A DNA stretch of 64,000 nt from Candidatus Latescibacterota bacterium (GCA_965205485.1 OZ242180.1:3200001-3264000); one strand, 5' to 3'. Positions 28,771 to 38,663 are shown, counted from the first letter of the stretch. The notes: a model not told the origin generated them from the letters alone. Numbers and translations are program-made.

Positions 28771-30090
28771 ATGAATTTCCTGATGATCGCCGTCGACAGC
28801 CTGCGAGCGGATCGACTCGGATGCTACGGATACCACCGGCCCACCACGCCGTTCATCGATGCGTTTGCGGGCGGGTCGGTGGTGTTCGAGAACTGTTATG
28901 CGCCGTCCATTCCCACCCAACCCTCGTTTACGTGCACGTTCACCGGACAGTGGCCCACCACGCATGGGATCGTGGCGCACCGGGGCCGCTGGTCTCTGGG
29001 TAACGGCGCGCCCTTTCTGCCCGAATTCCTGCAGCGGGCCGGATACGCCACGGCCGCGGTAGACAATCTGGCGGAGCATCACAAACCCTGGTTTTCCCGG
29101 GGGTTCGACGTCTGTCTGAATCCGAGGGAGGCGGGAAGCTATCCCGAGTGCTTTCGGTTCAATGAACTGGCCGTCGACTGGCTGAAGGCCCATGGCAGAA
29201 AGCCGTTCTTTCTCTTCGTACACTATTGGGATCCTCACACGCCCTACATGCCTCCCGTGGCGTACAGGGACCTCTTTTATTCCGGCGATCCTACGGTAGA
29301 AAACAGGGGCAGTCTGGACGAATTCTACAGGCGGCCCCTGAGAAGCTGGTGGACGTCAGGCTGGCTCGGGCGGATGGCGTCAGAGTGGCCGGGTGCGGCG
29401 GCCGCGCAGATCACCGACATCGAATTCGTACGCAGCCAGTACGATGCCGAGGTGAGATGCGTAGACGACGGCATCCGGGAGTTGATGGGGGCGCTTGAAA
29501 AGCTGGGTGTCACGGAAGAAACCGCGGTGTTCATATTCAGCGACCACGGCGAGGAGCTTGGTGAGCACGGCATCTACTTCGATCACCATGGACTGTACGA
29601 AAGCGACATCCGCGTTCCACTGATTGTTCGGTGGCCCGGGGTCGAGGGCGATGGAAACCGGGTCCGATCTCTGGCTCAACACACGGATCTCGCGCCGACG
29701 GTACTCGAAGGCGCCGGGCTGCCGGTTCCGCGCGGGATGGACGGGCGTTCGCTGTTTCCATTGATACACGGCGGCCCGGATCGTGAAGCAGGGGAACTGC
29801 TGCTTTCGCAGGAATGCACGTGGATGGCGAAATGGGCCGTGCGTGAAGACGGGTGGAAGCTGATCGCCGCACTCGAGCCGGATTTTTACGGCAATCCCAT
29901 GCTGGAGCTGTATGACCTGAACGGCGATCCGTCGGAGCAGCGGAATCTGGCGAGGGAACTGCCCGGGAAGACGCGTGAGATGGGTGAAATCCTGGCCGTT
30001 GAATTGTCCCGGCGGCTGGCTCGAGCCGGCAGGACCCGGGACCCCGTCGAAGCGCATGGGATTACGCTCGGCAGGGAGATGTTTGCATGA
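28771..30090 (+). CDS. Sulfatase-like hydrolase with a Thr nucleophile motif (TQPSF)
   Basis: Motifs NFLMIAVDSLRAD, TTPFID, PTQPSF...FTG, HYWDPHTPY, SDHGE, HHGLY and ELYDL..DP.E..NL. Confidence 0.85.
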   Translation: MNFLMIAVDSLRADRLGCYGYHRPTTPFIDAFAGGSVVFENCYAPSIPTQPSFTCTFTGQWPTTHGIVAHRGRWSLGNGAPFLPEFLQRAGYATAAVDNLAEHHKPWFSRGFDVCLNPREAGSYPECFRFNELAVDWLKAHGRKPFFLFVHYWDPHTPYMPPVAYRDLFYSGDPTVENRGSLDEFYRRPLRSWWTSGWLGRMASEWPGAAAAQITDIEFVRSQYDAEVRCVDDGIRELMGALEKLGVTEETAVFIFSDHGEELGEHGIYFDHHGLYESDIRVPLIVRWPGVEGDGNRVRSLAQHTDLAPTVLEGAGLPVPRGMDGRSLFPLIHGGPDREAGELLLSQECTWMAKWAVREDGWKLIAALEPDFYGNPMLELYDLNGDPSEQRNLARELPGKTREMGEILAVELSRRLARAGRTRDPVEAHGITLGREMFA

Positions 30091-30147
30091 ATCCCGCCAG
30101 TTCTGTGTGGGCGGGCACCCTGGATCCACGTCATGGGACAGGATTTC

Positions 30148-30885
30148 ATGCGTAACTACAATGAGGTCGTTGAACGCACCGAGGCGCTTTCGCGGAGGGA
30201 TATCCGCATCGAAGTGCTGGATCGCGTTGCCGGCTATCCGGTATTTTGCGCAACCCTTCGTAAAGATTCGTCGCTTCCCGCAATCTACGTCAACGGTGGT
30301 ACCCACGGCGACGAGCCGGCGGGAACCGAGGCGGCTCTGGCCTTTCTGGAGACCGGCTGCGGGCAATGGCTGGATCGATTCCGGTTTTTCGTGATCCCCT
30401 GCCTGAATCCCTACGGATATGTTCACAATTCCCGGTCGAATGCGCAGGACGTGGACATCAACTGGGCATTTCTTCGTGAGGACGTACCGGAAATCTGCCT
30501 GCTGAAGGAGTTTATTCGGGGCAGGAAGTTCGCGGCGGTAATGGACCTGCACGAAGACTGGGAGAGCCCCGGGTACTATCTGTACGAACAGGTTCGTGAG
30601 ATGGCGCCCGCGGGACCCTCGATTACGAAACAGGTTTCCGGGTTCTGCCCGCTGAATACACAATCAGAAATCGAGGGGGAAACCGCAATGAACGGCGTGA
30701 TATTTCCGAATCAGGAGGTGGAAAAGCGGCGCCTGGGCGGCGGGGTGCCGATCGTATTGTTCAAACAGTCGTACACCGATCGTCTGATTACGTCGGAGAC
30801 GCCGTCGGCGCTGGACCTGGATGTACGTGTCCGGGCGCATCTGGTGGCGTTGGAGACAATGCTTGAAGTGCATGCCGGAGGATAG
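30148..30885 (+). CDS. M14 family zinc carboxypeptidase-like protein
   Basis: Motifs GGTHGDEPAG (HxxE), PCLNPYG, R.N....DIN, DLHED and a C-terminal ETP. An alternative start is 30133. Confidence 0.85.
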   Translation: MRNYNEVVERTEALSRRDIRIEVLDRVAGYPVFCATLRKDSSLPAIYVNGGTHGDEPAGTEAALAFLETGCGQWLDRFRFFVIPCLNPYGYVHNSRSNAQDVDINWAFLREDVPEICLLKEFIRGRKFAAVMDLHEDWESPGYYLYEQVREMAPAGPSITKQVSGFCPLNTQSEIEGETAMNGVIFPNQEVEKRRLGGGVPIVLFKQSYTDRLITSETPSALDLDVRVRAHLVALETMLEVHAGG

Positions 30886-30888
30886 CGC

Positions 30889-31353
30889 GTGGGATCGCTC
30901 GACCTGAAATCCGCGCGCATGAAGCGTGCATACATAATCAGCGCGGCGGAGGTGGTGGAGCCGCCGATGTCGGCCGAGGACTGGGCGGATTTTGAAAGAG
31001 GCGTAGCACTCTTCAACGGTTGGGAGCACTGGGAAAGCCACGAGGCCTGGGAGCAGGTGTGGCGCAGGCATGCCGAGCCGAGCCGGATTTTCTTTCAGGG
31101 TCTGATCCAGCTCGCGGCCGCGTATCATCAGCTTCGACGAGGAATCTACCACGGGACCGTAAAGCACTACAATAATTCATATTTCAAGCTGAAGCAGTTT
31201 CCCGCCCGCTTTCTGGGTGTGGACGTCGACGCGCTGAAACGAAGAATCGAGCAGGGGCTGACGGCGGTGGAGCGGCTGGGACCGGAAAGGATGTATGAAT
31301 TCCCGCGGGAACTCGTGGCGAAGGTGATTTACAGTCGGCCGCAGGACGGTTAG
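30889..31353 (+). CDS. DUF309 family protein
   Basis: Motif GVALFN..EHWESHEAWEQVW....FFQGLIQLAAAYH. The start may be ATG 30919. Confidence 0.85.
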   Translation: MGSLDLKSARMKRAYIISAAEVVEPPMSAEDWADFERGVALFNGWEHWESHEAWEQVWRRHAEPSRIFFQGLIQLAAAYHQLRRGIYHGTVKHYNNSYFKLKQFPARFLGVDVDALKRRIEQGLTAVERLGPERMYEFPRELVAKVIYSRPQDG

Positions 31354-31384
31354 CCATTCTCGGGGCACGACGTTCCCATGCAGA

Positions 31385-31416
31385 AGGAGCCCCGGACGTC
31401 CGCGTCCGGGGCTCCT
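31385..31416. terminator. Hairpin between convergent genes, probable bidirectional terminator
   Basis: AGGAGCCCCGGACG-tccg-CGTCCGGGGCTCCT, a 14-bp perfect stem. Confidence 0.65.
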
Positions 31417-31442
31417 GTCAATGAGTTTGACCGGCGCCGGAA

Positions 31443-33002
31443 TCAGCTGCCGTTTGCCCCGTTGTCGTAAAGCTGCGTAAAGAATTCGAGAGCCGCCCTG
31501 AACGACACCACCTTGACGACCCGTCCGCCCGGGTCGACGACCGGGATATGACGGTAGCCATGCAGGTCCATCAGATGCAACGCGTATCCGATGGGATCGG
31601 ACAATCTCATGGTTATCGGATTTGGCGTCATCACGTCTTCGACGCGCGCGGTTGCCAGATCGATGTCGCTGCCCACGACTTTTACGAAGAAGTCCCCTTC
31701 CGCAAGGATGCCTTGAAGGGCGACGCCGTCTTCGGAAACCAGAAGGCAACCGGCCTCTTTTTCCTCCATCAGAAGCATGGCTTCGAGCATTGAGGCCCGC
31801 GGTGCGATGAATTCCGGCGTGTGAAGTTTCACCGTCGAGATCGGATCGATGACCAGGCGCTCGAATTCGCCCTTCGGGTCTATCGGGTCCTCTCCTCCGA
31901 TTCCCGGAATGATGTCGGGGATGTCCGTTTCGATTTCCTCCTCCACGACGTCCCGCTCGATCGGTACGCTGTCCTCTTCCGAAACAACCCAGGTATCTGC
32001 GGCATTGTAGAGTGTGGACAGATCGGCTTCCCCACTCTGTGTGACGGCGGCGCGACCCTGTGCGAGGATTTCCTCCTCGTAAACGGGTCGATCCACGCAC
32101 CGGAGAACCCCAAGCGGAACCGGAAAATCCGGATATTCCATGCGGCTGAGCATGTAAGCCAGCGCCGGCGGGTCCGCGGACTCGTCGTGTACAAGAAGGT
32201 CGGCTTCGGATGTGCCGTTGCCCAGCGTCACGACTTCGGGACGCAGCTCGTTCATCCGGACACCCTTGTCCCGCTCCTTCCCGAAAATCATCGGCTCACC
32301 GTCTTCGAGAATTAACGTATTGTCGTCTTTTACATCCGCTTCGGTGATGTGGAACCACGCGCCATCGTTGTAGATGTTGCAGTTCTGGTAGACTTCGACG
32401 AACGACGTGCCCTTGTGGGCTGCCGCCCGGCGGAGCATTTCGGCAAGGTGCTTGGTATTCCTGTCGACGGAACGGGCGACAAAGGTGGCCTCGGCCCCAA
32501 TGGCGACGGAGATGGGATTGAAGGACTGTTCGATGGAGCCCATGGGCGACGAATACGTCTTGTGGCCGGGCAGCGACGTGGGCGAGTATTGCCCCTTCGT
32601 AAGGCCGTAGATGCGGTTGTTGAAGAGGATGATGTTCACGTCCACGTTCCTGCGCAGAATATGCAGCAGGTGGTTGCCGCCGATGGACAGGCCGTCCCCG
32701 TCCCCGGTGATCACCCATACGTGCAGGTCCGGGTTGGCCACCTTGAGGCCCGAGGCGAGAGTCGGCGCGCGTCCGTGAATGGAGTGTACGCCATAGGTGT
32801 TCATATAATACGGAAAACGGCTGGAACAGCCGATTCCGGAGATGAACACGATCTGCTCCCGTGGGATTCCGAGTTCGGGAAGCACCCTCTGCATCTGCGC
32901 CAGTATGGCGTAGTCTCCGCATCCCGGACACCAGCGGACCTCCTGGTCGGAAACGAAGTCCTTGCGGGTCAGTTGTAGAAGCTCCGGTGTGGCTTCGGCC
33001 AT
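31443..33002 (-). CDS. korB: 2-oxoacid:ferredoxin oxidoreductase beta subunit fused to a C-terminal CBS-domain pair
   Basis: Motifs WCPGCGD, SGIGCSSR, HGRA, GDGD...IGGNH and NNRIYGLTKGQ.SPT; then an acidic linker; then CBS motifs GCLLV...GILAEGD, VEDVMTPNP and HGYRHIPVVD. Confidence 0.9.
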   Translation of the reverse strand: MAEATPELLQLTRKDFVSDQEVRWCPGCGDYAILAQMQRVLPELGIPREQIVFISGIGCSSRFPYYMNTYGVHSIHGRAPTLASGLKVANPDLHVWVITGDGDGLSIGGNHLLHILRRNVDVNIILFNNRIYGLTKGQYSPTSLPGHKTYSSPMGSIEQSFNPISVAIGAEATFVARSVDRNTKHLAEMLRRAAAHKGTSFVEVYQNCNIYNDGAWFHITEADVKDDNTLILEDGEPMIFGKERDKGVRMNELRPEVVTLGNGTSEADLLVHDESADPPALAYMLSRMEYPDFPVPLGVLRCVDRPVYEEEILAQGRAAVTQSGEADLSTLYNAADTWVVSEEDSVPIERDVVEEEIETDIPDIIPGIGGEDPIDPKGEFERLVIDPISTVKLHTPEFIAPRASMLEAMLLMEEKEAGCLLVSEDGVALQGILAEGDFFVKVVGSDIDLATARVEDVMTPNPITMRLSDPIGYALHLMDLHGYRHIPVVDPGGRVVKVVSFRAALEFFTQLYDNGANGS

Positions 33003-33031
33003 GGATCATTCTCCAGATTCAGGGGGACGGT

Positions 33032-34906
33032 CTAGTCGAGCAATTCGTGGATTTTGTCCGCAATCTCGGAAATCTTGAATGGCTGCCCCTGGACTTTGGG
33101 ATAGCTGATGACACGTAAGGGATACCTGGCGTTGAGCAGGAGAGAAAGCTGTCCTCCGTTGATCTCGGGTACCAGGATCTTTCGATACCGTAGAAGCAGA
33201 CTTTCCAGGTTCGCGGGAAACGGGTTCAGATACCGGATATGGGCATGGGCAACCGACCGGCCGTTGGAGACCGCGCGGCGCACCGCTGACCTGATTGCGC
33301 CGAAAGTGCTGCCCCAACCGACGACAAGCACATCGCCGGCACTTGGTCCGAACACGTCCTGCTCGGGAATCCGATTGGCGATTCGCGCCACCTTTTCCGC
33401 CCTGACCCTGACCATGTGTTCGTGGTCTTTCGGGTCGTACGAGACGTTACCCGTGCCGTCCTGCTTGCCCAACCCGCCGATCCGGTGTTCCATGCCCGGC
33501 GTGCCGGGAAGCGCCCAGGGACGCGAAAGGGTCTGCACGTTCCTCGTGTACGGCTGGAAATCCTCAGGGTCCGTTCGGTGTTCTACGTTGATCGTCGCAA
33601 TATCGTTGGGATCGGGGATCTTCCAGGGTTCGGAACTGTTGTTCAGGTAGCCGTCAGACAGGAAGAAAACCGGCGACATGCTTTCAACGGCGATGCGAAA
33701 GGCTTCAATGCCCAGGTTGAAGCAATCGGAGGCCGTGGCCGGCGCGACGATGGGAACCGGACTCTCGCCATTGCGGCCGAACATGCATTGGAGCAGGTCG
33801 GACTGTTCCGTTTTCGTAGGAAGCCCCGTGCTGGGCCCTCCCCGTTGAAAGTTGGCGACAACCAGTGGCAATTCCAGCACGAGAGCCAGGTTGATGGCTT
33901 CGCTCTTGAGCGCAACGCCCGGGCCGCTGGTGCCCGTTGCGGCAAAGGCGCCGCCGAACGCGGCGCCAATGGCGGAGCCGATGGCTGCAATTTCGTCTTC
34001 TGCCTGGAATGTGCGCACGTCAAAGTTTTTCAGGGCGGCCAGCGCTTCCAGCAGGACGCTGGCGGGGGTAATCGGGTAACTTCCGTAAAAGAGGGTCTTG
34101 CCGGCCTTGTGCGCCGCGGTGACGAAACCCATCGCGGTGGCCTGGGCGCCGGTAACGGCGCGATACGTGCCCGGTTCGACCACGGCTTTGGGAATTTTGT
34201 ACCTGTACTGGAACTGTTCGGTCGTCTCCCCGTAGTTGTATCCGGCCTTCAGGGTAGTTACGTTGCCCTCAACGACGTTGGGGCGGCTGGCGAATTTCTC
34301 TTCAAGCATGCGGATGGTCGGATCCAGCGGACGGTCGAAGATCCAGTACGCAAGTCCGAGGGCGAAGCAGTTCTTCATCATATCGATCTGCCGGTTGGAC
34401 AGGCCCTCGACACCGGCCACCGCCCGCTTGTGCAACGTTGTCAACGGAACCTTGCAAACGCGATACCCCTCCAGCGATCCGTCTTCCAGGGGGTCGGTCT
34501 CGTAGCCTGCCTTGCGCAGGTTGTTTCGTGTGAAGTTGTTGGAATTGGTAATGACCACGCCGCCCGGCGGCAGGTCCTGCAGGTTGGCCCTGAGAGCGGC
34601 CGGGTTCATGGCAACGAGAACCTGGGGCTCGTCTCCGGGCGTGTAGATGTCTTCGCTGGAAATGCGGACCTGAAAACCGCTTATGCCCGGCAATGTGCCC
34701 GCGGGAGCGCGGATTTCTGCGGGGAAATCCGGCATGGTACTGATATCGTTGCCCACGATGGCGGACGTGTTGGCGAATTCTCCCCCAATGAACTGGCTTC
34801 CATCGCCGGAGTCGCCCGCGAATCGGACAGCGATAGATTCTACTTCGTTCAATTCGTCCAGAAGTTCGGCTTCTTCGTCAATTTCCTCGACGGCTGTTTC
34901 GGCCAT
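33032..34906 (-). CDS. korA: 2-oxoacid:ferredoxin oxidoreductase alpha subunit (fused gamma-alpha type)
   Basis: Motifs FAGDSGDG, PAEIRAP, YPITPAS, QAEDEIAA, TSGPG, QRGGPSTGLPTK.EQ and GWGST. Confidence 0.93.
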   Translation of the reverse strand: MAETAVEEIDEEAELLDELNEVESIAVRFAGDSGDGSQFIGGEFANTSAIVGNDISTMPDFPAEIRAPAGTLPGISGFQVRISSEDIYTPGDEPQVLVAMNPAALRANLQDLPPGGVVITNSNNFTRNNLRKAGYETDPLEDGSLEGYRVCKVPLTTLHKRAVAGVEGLSNRQIDMMKNCFALGLAYWIFDRPLDPTIRMLEEKFASRPNVVEGNVTTLKAGYNYGETTEQFQYRYKIPKAVVEPGTYRAVTGAQATAMGFVTAAHKAGKTLFYGSYPITPASVLLEALAALKNFDVRTFQAEDEIAAIGSAIGAAFGGAFAATGTSGPGVALKSEAINLALVLELPLVVANFQRGGPSTGLPTKTEQSDLLQCMFGRNGESPVPIVAPATASDCFNLGIEAFRIAVESMSPVFFLSDGYLNNSSEPWKIPDPNDIATINVEHRTDPEDFQPYTRNVQTLSRPWALPGTPGMEHRIGGLGKQDGTGNVSYDPKDHEHMVRVRAEKVARIANRIPEQDVFGPSAGDVLVVGWGSTFGAIRSAVRRAVSNGRSVAHAHIRYLNPFPANLESLLLRYRKILVPEINGGQLSLLLNARYPLRVISYPKVQGQPFKISEIADKIHELLD

Positions 34907-34963
34907 CTCTATGAACCTCCCGGTACATTTGGGCTGCGGATCCGATTACGAACTCCAGGCGCG

Positions 34964-35431
34964 TCAGGCGCCGGCGCGGGCTTTGGCGAACACGTCCGGC
35001 ACGGGCGGCTGGTTGTAGATTTCCTGCGGGAAGTAATCGCATATGTATTTGATAATGGCATAATAGGTCAACGTACCCAGGACCCTGCCCTCTTTGTTCG
35101 TTACCGGCATGTAACGGAAGCGGTTAGAAGCGATCACCCTCGTCGCGTCCAGGATGTTCATCTCCGCGTCGATTGTTTCAGGATCCGGAGTCATCAGGTC
35201 ATCGATCGGCGCATTGCCGCTCTCCGCGTTACCTGCCACTTTTTTCATGATATCGCGTTCGGTGAAGATGCCGATCAACCGGCCGTGTCTCATTACGAGC
35301 GCGCATTTTCTGTGGCTCGCCTTCATCTTGGCGAGAACATCTCCCGCTCGCGTGCCATGTTCCGTCTCGACGTAATACGACAGGTCGACATGGGTGATCG
35401 GCGCAGTTTGAATACTCTCTTTAAGGTCCAT
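34964..35431 (-). CDS. Stand-alone CBS-pair protein
   Basis: Motifs LIGIFTERDI, IDDLMTPDPE and RFRYMPV; GGAGG RBS. Confidence 0.9.
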   Translation of the reverse strand: MDLKESIQTAPITHVDLSYYVETEHGTRAGDVLAKMKASHRKCALVMRHGRLIGIFTERDIMKKVAGNAESGNAPIDDLMTPDPETIDAEMNILDATRVIASNRFRYMPVTNKEGRVLGTLTYYAIIKYICDYFPQEIYNQPPVPDVFAKARAGA

Positions 35432-35571
35432 CTGACCCTCCGGAATCGATGCGCTCCGGCTTCCGTGTGTCTGACGGCCGGCGCACGTTGCGTACGACTC
35501 CGTCCGCCCGCCATGATGTCGTTTTTGGAACCGACAGTTAACAATAAGCCGCGCTTATCTTATCTGGTTGT

Positions 35572-35600
35572 AATATAAAGCATTCAAGCGGCAATGGCAA
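35572..35600 (-). promoter_or_regulatory. Sigma70-like promoter for CBS-korA-korB
   Basis: Minus strand TTGCCA-N17-TATATT in an AT-rich intergenic region. Confidence 0.55.
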
Positions 35601-35883
35601 GGCGAATCCATTAGTTTATTTTGTCAAAACTCCTTCGATACAACAAAATGGTTTATAGTGATTCGCGGGAGTCCGATGCATAAGTCGACCTGAATCGCCG
35701 CGTTAGCGCAGATTGCACGATCGACAACGTCGTGTGTCTGAAACGTACGAAGAACCATTTGATTTAAGCAAAGCCGAATTCTATATTGAAATTGTGCTCA
35801 CAGCGAGGGGGCGACTGTGATTCCCGCGATAATTCATCCGGTCTCGTTTAGTTGCGTGCATTGAGCTTGTCAATGTGCCATCA

Positions 35884-36027
35884 CTCGACGAAACGCGGTC
35901 ATTGAGCATGCCTGCATTGAGCGGGTCGAAATGTCGAAATGCCCACGTTTCGATACCCTTCCGCCGACCCTTCGACAAGCTCAGGGAGCGGCTCGGGGCT
36001 CAGGAGCCGGTCCTGAGCCCGTCGAAG
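35884..36027. repeat. REP-like palindromic repeat (TGAGC..GTCGAA / TTCGACAAGCTCAGG), copy 1
   Basis: CTCGACGAAACGCGGTCATTGAGCATGCCTGCATTGAGCGGGTCGAAATGTCGAAATGCCC...CCCTTCGACAAGCTCAGGG...CCTGAGCCCGTCGAAG; close to the copy at 37629. Confidence 0.8.
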
Positions 36028-36073
36028 AAGCGATTCCGGCCACATCCAACTGAAATGATCTGGAAATTCTGAT

Positions 36074-37546
36074 ATGCGCGTCGGCATTCTCTCTCTTGTC
36101 CATGAGTCCAATACGTTCATCGGTACGCCCACCACACTGGATATGTTCCGGTCGAGCCGGATTCTCATCGGAAACGAAGTGGCGGACGGTTTCGAAGACG
36201 GCCTGAACGAGGTGAGCGGTTTTTTGGCGGGTCTGGCGGAGTCGGGCATCGAAGCGGTACCGCTCTTTTACGCCAGTACCGAGCCCTCCGGCAGGATTAC
36301 GAAGGACACCTGCGACGCGCTGATGCAGATGATGTTCGAACAGGTTGAACGCGCCGGCGAACCGGACGGCTGGCTGGTGGCGCCCCACGGGGCGAACGTG
36401 GGTGAGGGCAAGGACTACCGGGACCTCGACGGATACTGGCTGTACCGACTCAGGCGCATTGTCGGCGAGGGAACACCGATCATCTGCACAATCGATCCGC
36501 ACGCGAACCTGTCGGAGAGGATGATTGCGGCCTGTGACGCGACGATTGCCTATCGCAGCAACCCGCATCTTGACCAGAAAGAGGTGGGATTGCAGGCCGC
36601 GCGGTTGATGGCGCGGACGCTTCGAGACGAGATCAGGCCCACGCAGGCGGCTGCGTTTCCGCCGATCGCCATCAATATCGAACGCCAGCTGACGGGAACC
36701 GCGCCGTGCCGGCCGATGTACGAACTTGCGGATCGACTTCTGGACCGGCCTGGCGTTTTGTCGAACAGCATCGTGTTGGGATTCCCGTACTCCGATGTGC
36801 CCGAGATGGGCGCTTCGATGATTGCCGTGACAGACGGAGATACACGCCTTGCGGAATCCGTGGCCGGAGAACTCGCGGATTATCTCCACGCCTTTCGCGG
36901 TGACTTCAGGGGTGAGTTCATCGGCATCCCGGAAGCGGTCGATATGGCGTTGGCTGCAGACGGCCCGGTATGCCTGCTGGACATGGGCGACAACGTGGGC
37001 GGCGGTTCCGCGGGCGACGGCACGATGCTCGCGCATGAATTGCACACGCGCGGGAATATCAGGGCATTCGTGTGCCTGTACGACCGGGAAGCCGTTTCAA
37101 GCGCGGCCGAGGCCGGCGTGGGGGGGCGTCTCACGCTCCGGATGGGCGGCAAGACTGACGAATTGCACGGCCCGCCGCTGGAGGTTCCCGTCAGGGTACG
37201 CGGCGTCTACAGCGGTTGGTTCAGCGAGAGCGAGATTCGCCACGGAGGCCGGACGGCGTTCGACATGGGTCAGACAGCGGTGGTGGACACGGACAGCGGC
37301 TTGACCATCAGCCTGACCTCCCGGCGGGTAGTGCCGGTGAGTCTGGGTCTCATGACCAGTTGTCAACTGCGTCCCGACGCCTTCGACGTCATCGTCGCCA
37401 AGGGGGTGCATGCGCCCGTGGCGGCTTACGCTCCCGTGTGCACGCGTCTGATCCGCGTCGATACGCCCGGAGCGACGGCGGCGGACATGCGCAAGTTCGA
37501 GTTCCGCCATCGCCGGCGACCGTTGTATCCGTTCGAAGAAATCTAG
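36074..37546 (+). CDS. M81 family metallopeptidase (MlrC-like)
   Basis: Motifs HESNTF, PHGA, DPHAN, YRSNPHLD, GFPYSDV and DMGDNVGGG..GDGT. Confidence 0.9.
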   Translation: MRVGILSLVHESNTFIGTPTTLDMFRSSRILIGNEVADGFEDGLNEVSGFLAGLAESGIEAVPLFYASTEPSGRITKDTCDALMQMMFEQVERAGEPDGWLVAPHGANVGEGKDYRDLDGYWLYRLRRIVGEGTPIICTIDPHANLSERMIAACDATIAYRSNPHLDQKEVGLQAARLMARTLRDEIRPTQAAAFPPIAINIERQLTGTAPCRPMYELADRLLDRPGVLSNSIVLGFPYSDVPEMGASMIAVTDGDTRLAESVAGELADYLHAFRGDFRGEFIGIPEAVDMALAADGPVCLLDMGDNVGGGSAGDGTMLAHELHTRGNIRAFVCLYDREAVSSAAEAGVGGRLTLRMGGKTDELHGPPLEVPVRVRGVYSGWFSESEIRHGGRTAFDMGQTAVVDTDSGLTISLTSRRVVPVSLGLMTSCQLRPDAFDVIVAKGVHAPVAAYAPVCTRLIRVDTPGATAADMRKFEFRHRRRPLYPFEEI

Positions 37547-37628
37547 GCTCTACGCGCCAGAGTCGCGTGGATTGGGTCCTCACCAAAGAAGCCCGAATAG
37601 GATTCTGTAACGAATTTCTCTTACCAAG

Positions 37629-37752
37629 CTCGACGAAGCGCGTTCATTGAGCATGCCTGCATAGAGCGGGTCGAAATGTCGAAATGCCCGCGCTTCGTCC
37701 GCGTTTCGACCCTTCACCGGCCCTTCGACAAGCTCAGGGAACGGTTCAGGGT
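37629..37752. repeat. REP-like palindromic repeat, copy 2
   Basis: CTCGACGAAGCGCGTTCATTGAGCATGCCTGCATAGAGCGGGTCGAAATGTCGAAATGCCC...CCCTTCGACAAGCTCAGGG, in the same orientation as copy 1. Confidence 0.8.
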
Positions 37753-37832
37753 CCGCGGACTTTGGGCGTCGGCCCACGAGGAAGTATCGCAGCCGAATCA
37801 CAACACCTACAGCAAAATCAGGAGGACAGCCC

Positions 37833-38606
37833 GTGTCCATTCTATTCGAAGAGATGACCCGGGAAGAGATCCGGAAGGTTGCGCCCACGGCCACGGCAGT
37901 CCTGCCCACGGCGGCCATCGAGCAGCACGGACCTCACCTTCCGGTGTGTACGGACGCCGTTCTATGCGGGACGGTCGCGCGCCAGGCCGCGGCGCGCGCA
38001 AATGAGCAGGTTCCCATCGTGGTGGCCCCCACGCTGCAGTTCGGCAACTCCCACCATCACTATCCGTTTCCGGGCGTCCTGTCATTCAGGACTACCACGT
38101 ACGTCGGCGCAGTGACAGATGTTCTTGAAGGCCTTTCGCGAAGCGGATTCAGGCGGCTCGTGGTGTTGAACGGCCACGGGGGGAATTGCAACCCGAACGG
38201 GCTGGTGGGACAGGACTTCGTGAACCGGCTGGGCTATCCGGCGGCCGTGGCGACCGGCGATTACTGGAATATCGCGCGGGAGGCGCTCATCGACGTCATG
38301 CCGTCGTCGGTCATCCCCGGCCACGCCGGTCGATTCGAAGCGGCGATGATGATGGCGATCCGGCCGGACCTGGTGAACAGAGAGGCGTTGGACGCGATGA
38401 GCGGGCAGATCCACGACGATGCCGGTCTGGACGTGGGCCTTTCGGGCGCGGTGGTTCAGGTCCACGGCGAATGGCAGGCGGGAGTCGGCTACACGGATAA
38501 CCCGGCGGAGGCCACCGTCGAGGACGGCCGGGCCATGCTGGAGAAAATCGTATGCAAGGTGTCCGACTTCCTCGTTGCATTTCATCGCAGCAAGCATCCG
38601 GTTTGA
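37833..38606 (+). CDS. Creatininase family amidohydrolase
   Basis: Motifs EQHGPHLP..TD, G.S.HH..FPG, NGHGGN and GHAGRFE. Confidence 0.9.
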   Translation: MSILFEEMTREEIRKVAPTATAVLPTAAIEQHGPHLPVCTDAVLCGTVARQAAARANEQVPIVVAPTLQFGNSHHHYPFPGVLSFRTTTYVGAVTDVLEGLSRSGFRRLVVLNGHGGNCNPNGLVGQDFVNRLGYPAAVATGDYWNIAREALIDVMPSSVIPGHAGRFEAAMMMAIRPDLVNREALDAMSGQIHDDAGLDVGLSGAVVQVHGEWQAGVGYTDNPAEATVEDGRAMLEKIVCKVSDFLVAFHRSKHPV

Positions 38607-38634
38607 ATCTGCTGCCTTGTGCTCCCCGTGAAAC

Positions 38635-38663
38635 TTGCCCAAACCGTTGAATTCTCTTAATAT
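38635..38663 (+). promoter_or_regulatory. Sigma70-like promoter
   Basis: TTGCCC-N17-TAATAT upstream of ATG 38712. Confidence 0.5.

Noticed and set aside
33416..35578. Long shadow ORFs such as 33416..35578 (+), 62146..63804 (+), 43710..45029 (+), 50353..51618 (+) and 29380..30663 (-)
   Set aside because: They are antisense to well-supported genes, lack recognisable motifs, and are expected in high-GC DNA.
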